In this document: positions 47,233 to 50,131 of the stretch, in pieces | Layout of the letters: each line of letters starts with the position of its first letter | Position numbering within the stretch: position 1 is the stretch's first letter | Assembly: GCA_902570835.1 (NCBI GenBank) | Contig: CACFZQ010000001.1 | Span: 1-50,131 of the forward strand | Direction of reading: 5' to 3' | Length of the DNA: 50,131 nucleotides | Source: an uncultured Pelagibacteraceae bacterium | Lineage (GTDB): Bacteria > Pseudomonadota > Alphaproteobacteria > Pelagibacterales > Pelagibacteraceae | Notes under the pieces: generated by a model | Seen by the model: the letters and a program-made list of their open reading frames with translations, nothing else | Databases searched by the model: none | Told to the model about the DNA's origin: nothing | Position numbers and translations under genes: made by a program

Positions 47233-48414
47233 TTAAAAAGAATAACTCGTATAAAATTTTATATTAGCCTCATCTTTAAATGAAGATTGATGAGTGTCCT
47301 CTTCTAAATTTAAAGGTTGATAAATATCTATCCCAGCTCTTAGCAATGAAAAAAATCGACTTTCATAATTAAATGTTAAAGCACGTGTATTTTTATCTAA
47401 ATCATTTTGAAGAGAGATAAAATACTGAGTGTCTTCAATATCGTTAAGAACAAGACGAGCTCCTAAAAAAAGATCCTTTTGATAACCATGGTGCGAGTTT
47501 GAGCTACGCGTATCATATGAATATTCAACAATGTTAGCTAAATCCCAATTCTTTTCATAAATTCCATAATTGGTATGTTCAAACCCAAGAATTAAATTTA
47601 TATAATCTTCTATATTACCATTATAATCATATTCATTTTCACGATAAACAATTTCACTTTTATACAAAGTATCTTCACGTGTTGCCTGTAGATCTAAACC
47701 AAATTGAGTAATTTCTGAATACTTTGGAATAAACTTACCAGAACTTAAAACTAACGCAGGATCTTTTGAGTTACCTTCATAATAAGAAAACCCATAATCA
47801 TATTCGTTAAGATAACCAGACCAACGTAATGCCATTCCAATATTATCTTTACTAGCTCCATCGGCATAAGTTTTATTGGTATCAATATTTAAAGCTAATT
47901 GAGGTCTAACTTTAGAGGTAGGATACGTATTAGTTGTTGCAGGTAAAAGAAAAAAATTTAATTCGCTAGTTTCAAAATATTTTTTGACATTTATCATTGT
48001 TTGACCTTTTTTTTCACCTTCAGCAAGACCAGTAGAAAAGTCTTTTGAATTGATGATATCTACAGGGTTATAAAATTCATTTTTTCCCCAAAAAATTATA
48101 TTATTACCAACTAAAAAATTTAAATCATTGTTTGTATATTCTAGATAAGCCTCATTAAAATCAATGTTCTCAGCTGCTTCAGGATCTGAAAACATTGAGT
48201 TAATTTTTAATTTTCCAGATAAATTATTGTTCTCAAAAAAGAAATTATATTTGAGTGATGAAGTGTTCAGATTATTTTTTCGATCATCTCCTTCGACATC
48301 ATCAAAAAATATTGATGAACTAACTTCTATCTCACCGTATTGCTCTGTATAAGTTTCTGCGAAAGATTTAGAGCTTAAAAGAGTAAATAAAATAAAAATA
48401 TATCTTATAATCAT
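47233..48414 (-). CDS. Outer-membrane beta-barrel protein of the MMPL/LolA-like operon
   Basis: Signal peptide, alternating aromatic beta strands, IFWGKNEFYNPVDIIN motif, C-terminal YSF (BAM signal). Confidence 0.8.
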   Translation of the reverse strand: MIIRYIFILFTLLSSKSFAETYTEQYGEIEVSSSIFFDDVEGDDRKNNLNTSSLKYNFFFENNNLSGKLKINSMFSDPEAAENIDFNEAYLEYTNNDLNFLVGNNIIFWGKNEFYNPVDIINSKDFSTGLAEGEKKGQTMINVKKYFETSELNFFLLPATTNTYPTSKVRPQLALNIDTNKTYADGASKDNIGMALRWSGYLNEYDYGFSYYEGNSKDPALVLSSGKFIPKYSEITQFGLDLQATREDTLYKSEIVYRENEYDYNGNIEDYINLILGFEHTNYGIYEKNWDLANIVEYSYDTRSSNSHHGYQKDLFLGARLVLNDIEDTQYFISLQNDLDKNTRALTFNYESRFFSLLRAGIDIYQPLNLEEDTHQSSFKDEANIKFYTSYSF

Positions 48415-49214
48415 CTAGCCATTCTGGCTAATTTCTCAGGTCTAAAATCATTCAAAGATAAGTTTGTTTGAAATTGATAATTTTCCCAAGCAATCACAGT
48501 CGATTTTCCTGTTTGAAGATTAGTCATTTCTAAGGTATCTGCTCTCCAAAATTTATCTAAGTATTTTTGATAACCCTTGAAATGTAGTTCTTTTTCTAAA
48601 TCCCCTCTTCGATTATAAAATTTAACTGATTGGTATAATAATTCATCAGTATCAACATAAATTATTCTTTTAGAATAACCTGATTTTTTATTTTTAGGTG
48701 TTGCTTCAATTAAATGACATGTAAGAGAAGCCTCTGTTAGACACGGCCCATCTTCAAGCCAAGTAAATGTATAATCTTCTGGCTCATCTGTTGATAAATC
48801 TTCATAAGAAAATTCAGAAGAAACAAATTTACCAGTACGATTAGATGAGGAAATTCTTTTTACTCTTTTTAAAGCTGGAAGGTATAACCATTGATCATCA
48901 TCTTTAGGCTCAATATTTGCATGAGTTAAAAGAGAAGTGCCCTTTACATCTCTTGGTTCTGTAAAAACGATAATACTTTTATCTCCTAAGGTATCCTCTA
49001 ATTCTTCGAAGATTAAATTTTTAAATTTTCTAACACTTTCGTTTCCAGATTTGTCTTTTAAAACCATCTGACCTTCAACTGTGCTATCGACAAAACCATT
49101 ATCTAAAGCAATACTTTTTTCAATAATTTCTAGACCTTTTTCTTCATTGGTTTGAGCAAATGAAGATGTGCACCAAAATATCAGGGTTAAACAAATTGAT
49201 ATTATAGATTTCAT
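48411..49214 (-). CDS. Outer membrane lipoprotein-sorting protein (LolA-like)
   Basis: FTEPRDVKGTSLL, DDDQWLYLPALKRVKRISS, FVSSEFSYEDL. Confidence 0.92.
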   Translation of the reverse strand: MKSIISICLTLIFWCTSSFAQTNEEKGLEIIEKSIALDNGFVDSTVEGQMVLKDKSGNESVRKFKNLIFEELEDTLGDKSIIVFTEPRDVKGTSLLTHANIEPKDDDQWLYLPALKRVKRISSSNRTGKFVSSEFSYEDLSTDEPEDYTFTWLEDGPCLTEASLTCHLIEATPKNKKSGYSKRIIYVDTDELLYQSVKFYNRRGDLEKELHFKGYQKYLDKFWRADTLEMTNLQTGKSTVIAWENYQFQTNLSLNDFRPEKLARMAR

Positions 49215-50131
49215 GATGATGCTCTCCTTTTTGTTTTAAAGTTATCAATCATAATTAATATTGGTGGTAACAGTAAATAATCCACAATGAGGGCAAAAAC
49301 AACTGTGATTGCTGTAAGCTGAGCCATGTCTTTATTAACAGTAAATCCAGATTGAGCTAAAACACAAAAACCTAAAAACAAACCTATCGTTGTTGTTGTT
49401 AGTGCCATTCCTACTTTTTGAAAAGCATCACGAACACTGTCTTCTGGTGACTTTCCATTTTTTCTTGCCTTTGCATATTTCAACATGAAGTGAACAGAGT
49501 CGTCGACAACTATTCCAAGTGTCATCGCTACTACAATAGATACGGCTAAGGTTACACTTCCTGTATAATATCCCCATAACCCAAAAGCCATAGCAGCTGG
49601 TAATAAATTAGGAATTAAACTCATCAATCCGTATTTAATATTTCTAATAACCAGCAAAATAATAAATGAGATACCAATAAGAGCAAAGCCTGTCCCCTTT
49701 AACATCGCTGGAACATCTCTTGAAGAGATTTGTGAAAATACTTGTGATGGACCGGTTGATTTTGACATTAACTCCGGTGCATTCTCTTTAAACCACCCTT
49801 GAATTGTTTTATCTAAATCTAAGAATTCTTTTGTTGTCGCGTTTGCAACATTTGCTGTTACTCTAAGAGCAGATTTATCAACGTTGATTTGATCTGTTAG
49901 ATCTAAACCATAACCAAGTGAAAGTTCATATAAAAATAAATATTGAGCTGCTTCAAGCTCAGAAGAAGGAATTTTATAAAATGATTGATCATCATTATTA
50001 AAGTTCTGGTTCAATCTTTTAACGACATCCGTATAAGATCTTACACTAGTGACCTTTGGTTGGTTTCGCATAAATTCAACAAGATCATTAACTTTCTGTA
50101 GATATTCTGGGTCATTGATCCCATTTTCTTT
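49211..50131 (-). CDS. MMPL/RND-family transporter, C-terminal part (5' end outside the window)
   Basis: SLIPNLLP, LGIVVDDSVHF, DYLLLPP; the frame is open past 50071 to the window edge (KENGINDPEYLQKVNDLVEF). Confidence 0.92.
   Translation of the reverse strand, partial: KENGINDPEYLQKVNDLVEFMRNQPKVTSVRSYTDVVKRLNQNFNNDDQSFYKIPSSELEAAQYLFLYELSLGYGLDLTDQINVDKSALRVTANVANATTKEFLDLDKTIQGWFKENAPELMSKSTGPSQVFSQISSRDVPAMLKGTGFALIGISFIILLVIRNIKYGLMSLIPNLLPAAMAFGLWGYYTGSVTLAVSIVVAMTLGIVVDDSVHFMLKYAKARKNGKSPEDSVRDAFQKVGMALTTTTIGLFLGFCVLAQSGFTVNKDMAQLTAITVVFALIVDYLLLPPILIMIDNFKTKRRASS

Noticed and set aside
41100-50131. Intact prophage or IS element
   Set aside because: No integrase, transposase, terminase large subunit or structural genes recognised in the window.

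Overview
A very AT-rich, gene-dense bacterial chromosome segment with tiny or overlapping (TAATG/ATGA) intergenic junctions. Gene content points to a streamlined marine alphaproteobacterium of the SAR11/Pelagibacterales type (inference). Bases 1-41063 look like core or semi-core metabolism: a TRAP transporter with mmsB/ALDH/SDR and an HxlR regulator; a BVMO, a PhyH dioxygenase and a divergent PanB-like enzyme; a large organosulfonate-desulfonation and sulfite-oxidation neighbourhood (HpsO-like SDR, xsc, suyAB, YeiH and TauE exporters, aprMBA with an adjacent HIT gene and no sat in the window); then pabBAC, metC, mnmA, cysQ, recX, bcp, amtB, hup and rseP. From about 41100 the window becomes an accessory island. 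It holds a two-gene module with a LexA-type box, a structured leader, an STGP...KHGL-motif protein and an 18-bp direct repeat; several orphan genes; a 1121-aa secreted repeat protein flanked by duplicated gene fragments; and an MMPL/LolA-like/outer-membrane-barrel operon cut by the window edge. The best novelty candidates are (1) the SOS-boxed STGP/KHGL plus GAAACGAAGCCAAA-repeat module, (2) a three-hairpin CU-rich putative sRNA in the amtB 3' UTR, (3) the HIT protein as a possible Sat substitute next to aprM, and (4) a 27-aa highly basic ORF missing from the ORF track. No rRNA, tRNA, CRISPR array, integrase or transposase was recognised. All calls come from reading the sequence; no database searches were run.
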